Part shown: positions 11,155-22,652 of the stretch, piece by piece
Layout: each line of letters opens with the position of its first letter
Numbering within the stretch: position 1 is the stretch's first letter
Assembly: GCA_000165345.1 (NCBI GenBank)
Contig: CM000429.1
Span: 576,001-640,000 of the forward strand
Length of the DNA: 64,000 nt
Reading direction: 5' to 3'
Translations under genes and position numbers: made by a program
Notes under the pieces: generated by a model
What the model was told of the DNA's origin: nothing
Database searches by the model: none
Seen by the model: only the letters and a program-made list of their open reading frames with translations

Positions 11155-12666
11155 CTATTGGCTTTGCCTGTGTTTTTTCATTATTTGGGAAAAAGCATCC
11201 AAATATTCCTGCTTTAGTGCGCTATTTGAATTTTCGTTTGTAATTGCATCCCATAGATAACAGGCTTGATTTGCCACATCACCTATCATATGATAAACTT
11301 GAGAGCATCTGTAGTACCCTTTGCTCCATTTGGGATTTATGTAAATACATGATGTAGCATCAAATAAAGCCTTAGAAGAGTCTCCTATCTTTATGTAAGA
11401 AAGAGACCTATTAGAAAGTATACTTGATTTGAGAGTGATTGCACCTTCAGATAAGTTGTTCTTTTTCATCATTAAATGGCTGAGAGCATTTGAATACATT
11501 TCGATTGATTTTTCAAATTGGCCTTCTTTAAAAAATGAATTTGCCTCTGCTTTAAGCCGTTCAGCCTCGACTTCATTGTAATTACTTATATCTTCTAGAT
11601 CCTGTTCAATAATTACTTCAGGAGATATATCGGGCTCAGAAGATTTTTTTTCGTCGTTTAATGAAGAATATTCACTCGATTCAATCGATTCTATGGATTC
11701 AATTTGTGTAGATTGTCCTTGTTCAATTTGCTGAATATTATCAATTTTTATACTATCTAATGCATGACTTTTCAAAATTTCCATGATTTCCTCAGAACAA
11801 CGATTGTTTATTGCATATGAATAAATAGAATTCCCTTTAACAATTTGGTTTGAAGCATCGCATAACTGCAACTTCATGTATTTAATGATTAGTGATAATA
11901 ACTCAACATCATTCTTTTCAACTGCAGCAAAGATTGGTGTATACCCTTCTGAATCCATAGCTTCGGCCAAAAGTGCTCCAGATTTCAAAAGTAATTCGGT
12001 AAGTTCAGTGTTCCCAATTCCAATAGTTATCATAAGAGGAGAAGGAATTAATTTACCTAATGGGGCTTTATTTGGGTTACTCTTATTATTTAAAAGGTAA
12101 CTAATCAACTCTTTATTGTTAGTCATGCAAGCCCATTGAAGAGGAGTTCCAAATTCATCACTACATGTGTTGACAAATAAGTCTATTTCAGATGGGTTTT
12201 CACTTTTTAGGCTGGAAATAATCAGTTTCACCAGGTTGAGGTCTGCAACTTGACATGCATAATGTAACACGTTGCAACCACTTGAATTTTTTCTTGTAAT
12301 TTCGACCCCACTTTTTAACAATGTAGTGACTGATTCAATATCCTGAGCTCTTACTGAAAGAAAAAGTGGGTTTTCATTACTGTTGTCAAGACTATTAACT
12401 ATTCCTGGAGCAAGCTTTATAATAGCCTTTAATGTGTCATTTCTTTTTGCAGAGCAGACAAAATGGCAAACATTTCTTCCATTTCCATCTTTGTACCCCA
12501 ACAAATGCTCTTCAATATCCATTTTTTCTTTAGAGCTCCCGACTAGAGCCACAATATATTTGATTGCCTCTACTGTCGTTCCATTCGTAACGGTACTAAA
12601 TAGACGTGTAATGTCACCATATGCATCTCCTAAATTAGAATCCTCTTTCGATTTAACGCAACTCAT
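11155..12666 (-). CDS. Ankyrin-repeat protein with C-terminal TPR-like region
   Basis: Several ankyrin-type repeats (G.T(P/A)L..A......V..LL..GA) in the first 300 aa; C-terminal TPR-like AEANSFFKEGQFEKSIEMYSNAL; ATG at 12666. Confidence 0.6.
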   Translation of the reverse strand: MSCVKSKEDSNLGDAYGDITRLFSTVTNGTTVEAIKYIVALVGSSKEKMDIEEHLLGYKDGNGRNVCHFVCSAKRNDTLKAIIKLAPGIVNSLDNSNENPLFLSVRAQDIESVTTLLKSGVEITRKNSSGCNVLHYACQVADLNLVKLIISSLKSENPSEIDLFVNTCSDEFGTPLQWACMTNNKELISYLLNNKSNPNKAPLGKLIPSPLMITIGIGNTELTELLLKSGALLAEAMDSEGYTPIFAAVEKNDVELLSLIIKYMKLQLCDASNQIVKGNSIYSYAINNRCSEEIMEILKSHALDSIKIDNIQQIEQGQSTQIESIESIESSEYSSLNDEKKSSEPDISPEVIIEQDLEDISNYNEVEAERLKAEANSFFKEGQFEKSIEMYSNALSHLMMKKNNLSEGAITLKSSILSNRSLSYIKIGDSSKALFDATSCIYINPKWSKGYYRCSQVYHMIGDVANQACYLWDAITNENSNSALKQEYLDAFSQIMKKHRQSQ

Positions 12667-12937
12667 TTACATAAATTAATTGAATGCCAATATATCAAAA
12701 TAAATTATCTAGTTGCTTGGGTAAAGTTTGTCTTGTAATTTTCGATTTATAATTTTAATATAGTCAGAATTTACTTTTTTTTTCCATTTATGCGCCTTTT
12801 TTTTTCGTGTCAATTTATAAATTAATTTTAACATAAAAAGATATAATATACAAAAATTTGATAGGAAATTGCCATTATCTTAGAGATAAACTTAAGGAAA
12901 ATTATTTTTATTATAGGGTTATTTTAGTAATAAGATA

Positions 12938-13860
12938 ATGACTCGACCTGAAACTCAGGCTCCACCAGAGTTGGTAAGTTTAGTTGCGGATTGCATTTAG
13001 AAGCTAATTAACGGAACAACTTTTCGTAGTATTATAATGAATCAGAGGCTATAAAGTATTCAAAGAGCAGCCGAATTATTGATATTCAAACTAAGTTAAC
13101 AGAGAGAGCAATTGAACTACTTTTATTACCTCAACACCCCTGTTTGATATTGGATATTGGGTGCGGAACTGGAATAAGTGGCTCAGTTTTAGAAGATCAC
13201 AACCACGTTTGGGTTGGAATAGATATTAGCGTAGGCATGTTAAATGTACTGGATATATACGATGATGACTCAGAGTCAACCGGTGATGCTTTACTTGCTG
13301 ATATGGGAGAACTTTTACGGTTCAGACCTGGCGTTTTTGATGGAGCAATAAGTATATCTGTTTTACAATGGCTTTGTAATGCTGATAGAAAATCACATGA
13401 TCCTTATAAGAGGCTTTTAGTTTTCTTTAAATGGCTTTTCAACTCATTAAATAGAGGTTCAAGAGCAGTGTTCCAGTTTTACCCGGATTCCCCTTCTCAA
13501 GTGGAAATGATTACTTCAGCTGCTTTAAAGTCTGGCTTTGGAGGGGGATTAGTGGTTGATTTTCCAAATTCTTCAAAAGCAAAAAAATACTATCTTTGTT
13601 TATGGGCAGGGTTCTATTCTACAATACCTCAAACCCTCCCGCAAGGACTAACAGACGAAAATGATGAAGAAATGACTTCAGCAAGTAATTTGGGAAGATC
13701 AGGATGCAAGTTAAAGACAAAGAAAAGGGGCAACAAAAGAGAGCATAGAGTAAAGTCAAGGGAGTGGATTTTGGAAAAGAAGAATGTTCAGAGACTTAAG
13801 GGCTTTGAAGTCCGTCCAGATTCCAAATATACAGGAAGAAAAAGAAAGAGCGGGTTTTAA
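12938..13860 (+). CDS. BUD23: 18S rRNA (guanine-N7)-methyltransferase Bud23/WBSCR22; join(12938..12973,13030..13860), 56-nt intron
   Basis: Exon 1 MTRPETQAPPEL|GTAAGT...TTTCGTAG|YYNESEAIKY... restores the conserved N-terminus (PELFYDE.EA.KY); SAM motif LDIGCGTG, and a C-terminus conserved with WBSCR22 (RPD..YTGRKRK). Confidence 0.85.
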
Positions 13861-13980
13861 CACTTTTATAATATATTATTTGGATCACAATGAGAAGTGT
13901 TCAAGAACTAGTATCTTCGTTGCAAAGTATTATTAGAATAATTAGATTTGCCTATGATTATATATATTAATATTAAAAAG

Positions 13981-14334
13981 CTATTCTGCCATTTCCTCAT
14001 CTTTTTGAATCTCAGTTTTAGTTTCTTTAGATTCTTCAGCTCTACTTATATACAATACGTTGTTGCACCTAATAAATACTTTACCCAACGTTCCTTTCTT
14101 GGTATTGTCTATCCACTCTTCACAGTCATTTAAAAGAATGTTCATATATTCATCAAAGGAAACAAGGGTGCCTTTGTATCTCATGTTTCCCCATTTTAAG
14201 CAAACAATCGCAACCTTGTTTATAAGGCTGGAGAGAAATGGTTTGGGATTTACAGCAACAAGCTAAAAAAGGTTAAATTTAATTCGTTATTAAAAACATT
14301 TCGTGGCCAGCTATATTAAACTTACCCCAGACAT
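13981..14334 (-). CDS. SNRPF: Small nuclear ribonucleoprotein F (SmF); join(complement(14326..14334),complement(13981..14262)), 9-nt first exon and 63-nt intron
   Basis: ATGTCTGGG|GTAAGT...TTTTTTAG|CTT.. gives [60 protein letters not shown], which is colinear with SNRPF. Confidence 0.8.
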
Positions 14335-14495
14335 CGGAAGCAGATTCAATGGTTGTGGGTTTGATGGTTATTTTTAACTTGAATGTGACTAATTTGTCAA
14401 GCCCAAATTGTAGCGCGCGTGTCGTGAGATCTTGTAGATTTAAATAAAAAATTTTATTATTGTAAACTTTATTGAATCATTAGTATCTGTTTAAG

Positions 14496-15719
14496 ATGAC
14501 GGATAATACTGATGAGTTGAATGATTCCAAGATTTTTTCATGTGAAGGCTGTGGTTCCAACACAAAATCAAAATTATCATGCCCTCAATGCAAGAAGTTG
14601 GGACTAAAGACATCTTTTTTTTGTTCCCAAGTCTGCTTTAAAGAAAACTGGGCCATTCATAAACTAAAACATCAATTAGGAGGAAGTAACAAAGAAGTTG
14701 CTAAAGTTTCTCTTGACTTGGTTAAAAAGAATGTAATCCTAGATGATCCTAGAACATGGGTTAATTGCTCACATATTTCAAAGTTTATAGGCTTTAATGG
14801 TTTCACAGGGCCTTTAAGACCCTATCCAATAAGTATTAAACGAAAGGTTCCAAGCCATATCTTGAGGCCAGACTACGCTGATGATAAGGAGGGAAGACCA
14901 TTTTCTGAATTAAAAAGAAAAAAAAGTTCTGCAATTGTTACAGCAACAGCTGAAGAAATTGAGCTCCTTAGAGAATGTTGTAAGATAGGAAGAGAAGCTC
15001 TTGATATTGCTGCTTCTATGATAAAACCTGGAGTAACAACTGATGCTATTGACGAAGCTGTTCATAATTTCATTATTTCTAAAAACTCTTATCCTTCTCC
15101 ATTGAATTATTGGGAGTTTCCAAAGTCGTGTTGCACCTCTGTTAATGAGATAATATGCCATGGGATCCCTGATTTCAGGCCATTGGAAGAAGGGGATATT
15201 GTAAATGTTGACATTTCTGTATATTATAAAGGAGTACACTCGGATTTAAATGAAACGTTTCCGGTTGGAAAAGTTGACGAGAAATCAATGAAATTAATGA
15301 AAGTGGCTTATCAATGCTTAGAGGAAAGTATCAAGATTTGCAAGCCTGGTACAATGTACAGAGAAATAGGCAATCTGATTCAGTCAATTTGTGATAAACA
15401 AGGCTTTTCTGTTGTAAAAACTTACTGTGGGCATGGAGTTGGAGCTTTATTTCATTGTGCTCCTAATGTGCCTCACTATAAGAATAACAAGGCCGTCGGA
15501 ACTATGAAACCAGGCCATGTATTTACAATTGAGCCAATGATTAATGCAGGTAGATTTGAAGATATAACTTGGCCAGATGATTGGACATCGGCAACATTAG
15601 ATGGAAGTAGATCCGCTCAATTTGAACATACTTTGTTGATTACCGAGACTGGAGTAGAAGTTTTGACTAAAAGATTGGAAAGCTCACCTAAACTTGAAAT
15701 TCTTTCTGAAATAGAGTAG
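14496..15719 (+). CDS. MAP1: Methionine aminopeptidase type 1 with N-terminal zinc finger
   Basis: N-terminal C6H2 zinc finger (CEGCG...CPQCKK...CSQVCFKENWAIHKLKH) and the pita-bread catalytic domain, both characteristic of eukaryotic MetAP1. Confidence 0.85.
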   Translation: MTDNTDELNDSKIFSCEGCGSNTKSKLSCPQCKKLGLKTSFFCSQVCFKENWAIHKLKHQLGGSNKEVAKVSLDLVKKNVILDDPRTWVNCSHISKFIGFNGFTGPLRPYPISIKRKVPSHILRPDYADDKEGRPFSELKRKKSSAIVTATAEEIELLRECCKIGREALDIAASMIKPGVTTDAIDEAVHNFIISKNSYPSPLNYWEFPKSCCTSVNEIICHGIPDFRPLEEGDIVNVDISVYYKGVHSDLNETFPVGKVDEKSMKLMKVAYQCLEESIKICKPGTMYREIGNLIQSICDKQGFSVVKTYCGHGVGALFHCAPNVPHYKNNKAVGTMKPGHVFTIEPMINAGRFEDITWPDDWTSATLDGSRSAQFEHTLLITETGVEVLTKRLESSPKLEILSEIE

Positions 15720-16003
15720 ATAATTTGTTCCTAATCTCTAATTATTTTTTTATTAATATTAATCTTTATAACTTATTATTTTATTAGAAAATTGCTACAA
15801 TCTATTAATTCGTGTGTAATTAAAAAGTTTTGCCGGTAAAAAAGGTACCGGGAAAAAATTTATTCTAAATTCTTGTCATAAATTTTCGCAAGAACAAAAA
15901 AAAAATAAGATTATTGAACAGATTCAACTGAGACTTAAATTAAGCTGGAATTAAGGGATTCAATATCTTATTATTTAAATTGGTTTTAATTACTACCTTT
16001 GGG

Positions 16004-17071
16004 ATGATGTTGGGAAAGGGAATGAGATCTCCCAAGGCGGAGATTACAGAGTTAACTCCAAACTCAATAAGGTTTACCCTTTCTAACACAGATTTGAGTA
16101 TGGCAAATACTTTGAGAAGAATAATTTTAGCAGAAATTCCAACTCTAGCTATTGATCTTGTTACTATGATAGACAACACATCTGTTTTGCACGATGAATT
16201 TATTGTCCATAGAATGGGTTTGATTCCTTTAGATAGCACAAATATACGTGATTTTAACTTCAAGGATAGATGTGAATGCCAAGAACGCTGCAACAAGTGC
16301 TCTGTTGAGTATTTGTTGGATGTAACATGTGAGGGTGGTGCTACAAGGAATGTAACTCATTATGATATTCAGCCAGTTGCAACTTCTACTTTAGTTCCAA
16401 TGCCTGTCCCAAAGAAGGACGACTCAGTTGATGGCATGAATAATGGAATTTTAATAGCTAAGCTTGGCCCAGGACAGAGAATTGCAATGAGAATGACAGC
16501 TTGTAAGGGTATTGGAAAGTTTCACGCAAAATGGATCCCAGTTTCAGTTGCTACATTCACAAATGAAGCGGATGTGAGAATAAACTATTCTCTTTCTTCT
16601 AATCTAACTTTGAAACAACGTAAGGAAATTGTCAATTGTTGCCCTAAAGATGTTTTTGCTCTGGGAGGTAGTACTTCAAAGACTGAATATGCCTTGAACA
16701 AAAACTCTGCCTATTCTACCAAAACAAAGACAGAGGAACTTCCTGATCTAGAAGTTGTAAGTTCAAAGTCATGCATTTTTTGTAACGAATGTGTAAATCT
16801 AACTAAAAATTACGGTTACATTAATCCTGTCTTGATCAGAGTTGATACTAAACCTGATAAATTTCATTTCTTGGTAGAGTCTACAGGAGCCCTACCTGTC
16901 GAAAGTATTGTAGAACTTGCTTTTGAAATTTTACAAGAAAAATTAAATACTTTAAGTAGAGGAGTTGCTCGCTCTGAAACAGCACAGAGCGGATTGGATA
17001 CTAATGGTTCTGGTGGGGTAAATATTACTGCTGATGAAAGAGCAATGGATTTAGTACTAGACTTATCTTAG
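16004..17071 (+). CDS. RPB3: DNA-directed RNA polymerase II subunit RPB3
   Basis: LSMANTLRRIILAEIPTLAIDLV...DEFIVHRMGLIPL plus the zinc motif CECQERCNKCSV (present in RPB3, absent from AC40); first ATG at 16004 (the track start is TTG). Confidence 0.8.
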   Translation: MMLGKGMRSPKAEITELTPNSIRFTLSNTDLSMANTLRRIILAEIPTLAIDLVTMIDNTSVLHDEFIVHRMGLIPLDSTNIRDFNFKDRCECQERCNKCSVEYLLDVTCEGGATRNVTHYDIQPVATSTLVPMPVPKKDDSVDGMNNGILIAKLGPGQRIAMRMTACKGIGKFHAKWIPVSVATFTNEADVRINYSLSSNLTLKQRKEIVNCCPKDVFALGGSTSKTEYALNKNSAYSTKTKTEELPDLEVVSSKSCIFCNECVNLTKNYGYINPVLIRVDTKPDKFHFLVESTGALPVESIVELAFEILQEKLNTLSRGVARSETAQSGLDTNGSGGVNITADERAMDLVLDLS

Positions 17072-17285
17072 TTTAAAAATGAGCTTTAAGAACAAAATCT
17101 AGATTCGGCAATAGAACTCTATTAATATATTTATTTGTAGGCTATGATTCTAAAGTTAAATAAACTTTTAAACGAAATTAACTTATTTTTGTAACAAAAT
17201 CAAAAAGCAATAATTTATCTAAATAAAATGTGACCAGCATCTTTTCTGTCGAGGAAAATAATACATCATTAGCAATATTAATTTT

Positions 17286-19568
17286 CTAGTCTTTTAACTC
17301 AAGAACTTGGGATTTCGGGATGCGACGAATCCAATCAAACAGTAGCGCACCGATAGAATCGAGCTTGTTGTTGTTCATAAAATGAATAAATTGCTGCCTA
17401 ATATTCGACAAAGATTCTGCATCAACCCAAGACTCACAAGTCTGTATTAATGTTAGCACATCTGTAAAGTGCCTAGTAATTAAATCATCAGAGAGTATTT
17501 CTGAAAGTATATTATGAATACACCAACTGTCGCTTGGCTTCCCGACTCCTTTGAACCAAGCAGTGATCAGAGGAAATGGAGAAATACCTGGAGATATTGG
17601 GTCAATATAGCAATTGTTAACTCCAATCTTAGAACATGTATTGGATAGCGTATCAGAAAAACATGAAGAAAATGGGTTGTCCTTTAATTCAGAATCTTGG
17701 CTAAGTTCGCCTATGAAGTCTGAAGTTTGAGCGCTTGAAGTCCTAGATCCTGTTCTTAGCAGGTTGTCATGAGGGCTTTCGCCATATAAATGCCTCTCAT
17801 TCTCAATTAATGAAAGGAAATCAAGTGAGTCAGATGATGATGATGATGAAGATGATGAGTATCTTGTTGAAGGGTTTGGAGTATTGTTCTCAGAGTGCTT
17901 TACACTTAAGTCAGCGTTTGTGCCTTTCTGGCCTCGTAATGATTTGGATGAGAGAGAGAGAATTGATTTATATCTATTTGTAAAAAGAGAGTCTCTCTGC
18001 TTTGAAATTTGTATCCAAACGCATGTAAAATAAGTTCCAAGCCATTCGGCTACATCTTGTTGGAGAGAAAAGGAAAATTTAGTTACAAACTTTGTATCTA
18101 CCTCAAGGCTCTTTTTGTACAGTAAATAGAGAGTTAGCGTCCTCAACGGAAAGAACCGGATCTTAATGTCTACATTCAAATGACTGATAGTAATCTGGTC
18201 AAGAGAAATGTTATTATTAAGTGAAGGCTGTAAAATTCTTAAGGTTTCTGAGTTTCTAAATATTGCTTGATTTTCCATTAGGAGCTTTAGTAGTTCATCT
18301 TTATTTTTTTTTACAAACTCATCTATTCTGCATGTCACGAGCAGCCCAGTCTTATTGGGACCACCTGATATTATCGGACAAAACGCTTTGATACCATCGG
18401 AAGATAAATCAAATGTAGCTTCTCCAAGAAAAGTGTTTTCGAAGTAAAACTTAGCTCTAGCTGCAAAACAATTAAAAAAACCGGTACAACGAGTTTTTGG
18501 ATATGCAAAAATTCCAAGTGATGTTACACTAGTAATTGAAGCATCAGGACTTGGTGGAAGTGTTTCCATTGCAAAATTTACTGTTGTTGCAGACCCTTCG
18601 TTATCTTGGTCTGCGTAAAGTTCAAGTTCAATTGGAAACCCACTCATCTCGCCCGTAATTACATGTGGAGAGCTCTGGGCGAATTTATTAATTGTTTTTC
18701 GTTCGCTAATATACCAAAGAGTAGGTTGCCAAACATGTGAAATTGCATCAAAGATATCGTTTTCTTCTGTGACTCCTTTAAGGAAATCCTCAACTTTGGA
18801 AATTTCAGGTGACCATTGAGCTCCAAGAGACTCACAAATTGTATTGATAATCCTTATGCCATAAATTTCACTCTTATTCTTGAAAATTTCTCTAATTATT
18901 CTCCCTCCTTCAAGTGAAATCACTACATCCCTCATCTGGTGATATTGCACCAATTCAAGAAGGAGTTTAAACCCATTCTGAAGTTTTAAAGATAGGTTTA
19001 ATATCTTCTGTCTTATTTTCATGCTAACTATTGAGGATTCACATTCAAACCAGTCAAAACAACTCAACTTCCTGGCTAGCATCGACCAGAATACGTCAAC
19101 ATCAAACTCCTCACCTTCTTGACATTTGGTATTTGAACCAACCATAGGGAGAAACCCCATGTAGTCTAGGGTAATTAATATAATTTCCAAGTTGTCTGGT
19201 GTGAGTTTCCTAAATATACCATTGTTATTATGGCCGTAATCCTGAAAGATAATCTTTGCAATTTCAAAAGTCGTTTGGACTTCTGAGTTACCTTCCAAAG
19301 TAGAGCTTCTTTCACCCAATAATCTGAAATAGTTAAATCTTTTCCCCACTTCCTCAGAAACATGAAAGGTTTGATTTTTCCCCATATCTTCATTATATAC
19401 ACAAATTTCCCATCCAAAACCTTTTTTTGGCTCATCATCTATGCAAGCTTTTTTCGCCTCATTTTCTTCCTTTGAATGGTTTTCTGAGCCCATTTCCATA
19501 CTTGATCTCTTGAGATTTAATTCAAGGTCAAATGGGTCATCTAAAGAGAAAGCCTCATTTTTTTCCAT
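17286..19568 (-). CDS. Hypothetical 760-aa protein with a poly-Ser tract
   Basis: Long ORF with ATG at 19568; no confident domain; internal SSSSSSSSS run. Confidence 0.5.
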   Translation of the reverse strand: MEKNEAFSLDDPFDLELNLKRSSMEMGSENHSKEENEAKKACIDDEPKKGFGWEICVYNEDMGKNQTFHVSEEVGKRFNYFRLLGERSSTLEGNSEVQTTFEIAKIIFQDYGHNNNGIFRKLTPDNLEIILITLDYMGFLPMVGSNTKCQEGEEFDVDVFWSMLARKLSCFDWFECESSIVSMKIRQKILNLSLKLQNGFKLLLELVQYHQMRDVVISLEGGRIIREIFKNKSEIYGIRIINTICESLGAQWSPEISKVEDFLKGVTEENDIFDAISHVWQPTLWYISERKTINKFAQSSPHVITGEMSGFPIELELYADQDNEGSATTVNFAMETLPPSPDASITSVTSLGIFAYPKTRCTGFFNCFAARAKFYFENTFLGEATFDLSSDGIKAFCPIISGGPNKTGLLVTCRIDEFVKKNKDELLKLLMENQAIFRNSETLRILQPSLNNNISLDQITISHLNVDIKIRFFPLRTLTLYLLYKKSLEVDTKFVTKFSFSLQQDVAEWLGTYFTCVWIQISKQRDSLFTNRYKSILSLSSKSLRGQKGTNADLSVKHSENNTPNPSTRYSSSSSSSSSDSLDFLSLIENERHLYGESPHDNLLRTGSRTSSAQTSDFIGELSQDSELKDNPFSSCFSDTLSNTCSKIGVNNCYIDPISPGISPFPLITAWFKGVGKPSDSWCIHNILSEILSDDLITRHFTDVLTLIQTCESWVDAESLSNIRQQFIHFMNNNKLDSIGALLFDWIRRIPKSQVLELKD
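17834..17859. repeat. (GAT)n trinucleotide repeat inside the CDS, encoding poly-Ser on the minus strand
   Basis: gatgatgatgatgatgaagatgatgag seen directly in the sequence. Confidence 0.7.
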
Positions 19569-20449
19569 TATAATTATTTACAATTGTTAATTTGTAAATC
19601 AAATAAATATTTAGTCAAATGACTAATTATATAGCTTTAATTTGATGGAGCACAACAAAAGTTGTCTGTATAGGAAATAAAGGAATTCAGTATTTTTAAG
19701 CTCTGATTTTTTTTAGCGTTAGATTTGTTTATTCATCATTCAAAACTTAGTTAATATTAAAATAGTAAACTCATCTATATACTTGTTTTTAGCAAGCAAA
19801 TTTTAAAAAGCAGTTCCCCACTTAATTTATGATTCTTTCCTTTTATTTGCTAAATAAACTATTTGAAAAGCAATGATTAATAATACATATCAAGGAAATA
19901 AGCATATTGGAAAATTCCCGCTTAAAAAAAAACAAACCACGTTACCCCGTATTTATTTGAAAAAAATAAATATTGCAATAATGCCCCCACTGAAGAATCT
20001 CAAATAATTAAGCGAAATGAGTGATTAGAGGATAACTCAAGCAAATAATCTACAACAGATAACATAATAAGTACTTCCAAACAAAAATAAAAGTTGACAA
20101 AAATACTAAGCTAAAAGCTTCAAATGAAAACTGTAACATTATAAACACATACAGAATAGTATATGCCAATTTCTGATTTTCTAAACTAATAGATGTTGAA
20201 CAAAGTGTTCAAATTCTAAATTATTAAAAAAAATTCCAATTTTAGATTATATAATAAAAAAATTAAACCTAATCTCGAGCAGGAATATATCGTTGCTTGA
20301 AAAATACTCATATATCGAGGGTAGTTCAGGAGTAAATTCTTATCAATATTCATTCGGTTTATAAAAAATATAATCCCAATAGGCTTTGAAAGAATTAGCC
20401 TGATATCTTTCAAAGAAATATAGGCGGTGTTAAAAGGATACTAAAAATC

Positions 20450-22531
20450 TTAGTCATCGAGGAAGGAGGAGTAGTATCTTTCAGTATTGTAAAGGCTGCA
20501 AAAAACCTGGTTGCCGCCAAACCAGCGGTTATTAAGTGCAGGAACAGCAATTTGTGCCATGGATGGCGACTCAAATACGACGAAAATACGTACTCTATCC
20601 GAAGGTTTAGAAATATTGTTCGAAACATGTATACGAACGTCGTAAACTTTTCCATATTTACTGCACTCTATTTTAACCTCCTCTTTAAGTTCATCATCAA
20701 TTTCATCAGGGCCAACCATATTTGTAAGCAGAATAATGTTGGTGCTACTAGCAGATCCTGAAATTGCACCGGGGATCTGGTATGGCGCAGGCCCATTGCT
20801 CAATGGATACCCAGGTGGTTGTTGGTATATTGGGAGTGGAGGCGGAGCCACATTAGGCATTTGCATCATTGAAGGTAAAACCATTTGATGAGGAATACCC
20901 ATTGAGGGCATTTGGGAGGGTATCACATTTTGAATAGGATTAATCATAGGTATTTGGCCAACTGTGGCTCCAGAAACTCCTGATTGAGTTCCTCCGCCCC
21001 CACCGCCTACTTGAGGTTTAAGCGCAGTTGCAACATTAACTTTGAGTTGTTTTCCGCCTACTTCAAAGCCATTCATAGTTTCTATCGCAAGTTTTGCTTG
21101 ATCTGCAGTACCAAATTCAATAAAGCCATAGCCACGATGGGTACCTGGCTTTTCTATTGAAGGGATTAATTGGCAACTAAGGATAACACCAAAAGTCTTG
21201 AAAATATGCCTCAGATCGTCAGTTGTAAAAGAGTAGGGAACAGAACCAATATAAATTCTGTTTTGTGAATGAGTTGCAATTCCTGTTCCGTGAGTAGTTT
21301 CTGATTGAATTTGATGATTTTGATGGGTAATATGGTTGTTATTAAAAACAGCAATATTTGGATTAATGACATTCCCTGAGCCCCCTCCTCCTATGCCTCC
21401 GCTTCCGGATTGATTACCATTACTAGATGCCGCATTAGTAGGCCTGCCTACCCTAATTGGTCTTCCTTTTAGTACAAACCTGTTCATTGTGGCCAAAGCC
21501 ATCTCTGCTGACTCCTGTGATGTGTACTCGATAAAGCAGAAGCCTTTAGAGCGGTTGCCTTCTCTGGGCATGTCAATATTCACGATTGGGCCGAATGAGC
21601 CAAAAACCTGCTTAAGATCCGCCTCGTTCAGTGAATAATCCAGAGAACCGACATAGATGCGAGATATCTGACTGCTTTGCCTGGGCCCCGCCCCTGTTGT
21701 TGTACCTGAGCTCACAGTAGAGTTTGCTCCGATACTATTTCCGGATCCTATGGTAGAATGTCCAGGACCCATACCCAAATTAGAATTCGAGTTAGTTACA
21801 ACTCCATTATTTCCAGTTAAGGTACCAGATACCCCTGAGAAATGGCCATGAGGATTTCCTGGTACGGGAGCTAAGTTCGGGGAGTTGCAGCTATTGTTGC
21901 TCTGAGCGTCCCATCCCGAATTTGCTCTTTTCCTGCGTTTCTTATGGCTTGAGTCAATTGTACCTGAATTATGAGGCGAAAAGGAACCGCTGATTTTGCT
22001 AAACTCCTCAACACTCTGACCCTCCTCCAGACTAGGACTCCTAGACCTTCTTCTAGGTATCCTAGGGATACCCTTTATTCCCTGTTTGTCTGATTTTCCA
22101 GAGGCAGAATTATCGGTAACAGTCTCAGTTTCGCCAGGCTCCTCTCCCTCTTCAGAGGCAGCTTCTCCACCTGTCAACAGACCCTCCTCGGTGCGAGATC
22201 CGATACTCAGATCCTTTACCTTACCATTTATTAATTTCCTATCATTTTCGTAACTACTTACATCATCCTCTGATACATCCCCAGTAGGATGCCCATTTAA
22301 GTTAGGATCCGGTACTGAAAGCTCCGTAACATTGGCAGATGCATAGCCTTCTTCCCCAGCTTCAGTTGGGCCCGATTTTTCGAGACTTGCGAGGTCCTTG
22401 GACTCTACTTCCTTATCTGAGAAAGTGCTAAGACTACGGCCTTCCTCCTCCTCCTCAACCTCTTTATTATACCCAACTTCTTCTTCTCCAACCTTCACAA
22501 CTTCAAGCTCAGAAGCTCCTTCATCAATCAT
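20450..22531 (-). CDS. PUF60/poly(U)-binding splicing factor-like RNA-binding protein (2 RRMs plus C-terminal UHM)
   Basis: Two RRMs (RIYVGSL..KGFCFIEY; RIYIGSV..RGYGFIEF) and a C-terminal U2AF-homology motif; long acidic/Ser-rich N-terminus; ATG at 22531. Confidence 0.75.
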   Translation of the reverse strand: MIDEGASELEVVKVGEEEVGYNKEVEEEEEGRSLSTFSDKEVESKDLASLEKSGPTEAGEEGYASANVTELSVPDPNLNGHPTGDVSEDDVSSYENDRKLINGKVKDLSIGSRTEEGLLTGGEAASEEGEEPGETETVTDNSASGKSDKQGIKGIPRIPRRRSRSPSLEEGQSVEEFSKISGSFSPHNSGTIDSSHKKRRKRANSGWDAQSNNSCNSPNLAPVPGNPHGHFSGVSGTLTGNNGVVTNSNSNLGMGPGHSTIGSGNSIGANSTVSSGTTTGAGPRQSSQISRIYVGSLDYSLNEADLKQVFGSFGPIVNIDMPREGNRSKGFCFIEYTSQESAEMALATMNRFVLKGRPIRVGRPTNAASSNGNQSGSGGIGGGGSGNVINPNIAVFNNNHITHQNHQIQSETTHGTGIATHSQNRIYIGSVPYSFTTDDLRHIFKTFGVILSCQLIPSIEKPGTHRGYGFIEFGTADQAKLAIETMNGFEVGGKQLKVNVATALKPQVGGGGGGTQSGVSGATVGQIPMINPIQNVIPSQMPSMGIPHQMVLPSMMQMPNVAPPPLPIYQQPPGYPLSNGPAPYQIPGAISGSASSTNIILLTNMVGPDEIDDELKEEVKIECSKYGKVYDVRIHVSNNISKPSDRVRIFVVFESPSMAQIAVPALNNRWFGGNQVFCSLYNTERYYSSFLDD

Positions 22532-22644
22532 TAGATTAATGTGGTTTCCTATTCGAAAATCCTTATCTTTTTCAATTTAAGGACGAATTGGTGTTGCTTG
22601 TGCTTTTATTACTAAATTATAACTTTTGGTGTAGACAAAGCCAA

Positions 22645-22652
22645 TTTGGCGC
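22645..22652. promoter_or_regulatory. E2F-like site TTTGGCGC in the divergent PUF60 / 23021 promoter
   Basis: Matches the E2F/DP consensus TTTSGCGC; one of about 12 intergenic GGCGCC/GCGCGC occurrences in the window. Confidence 0.4.
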
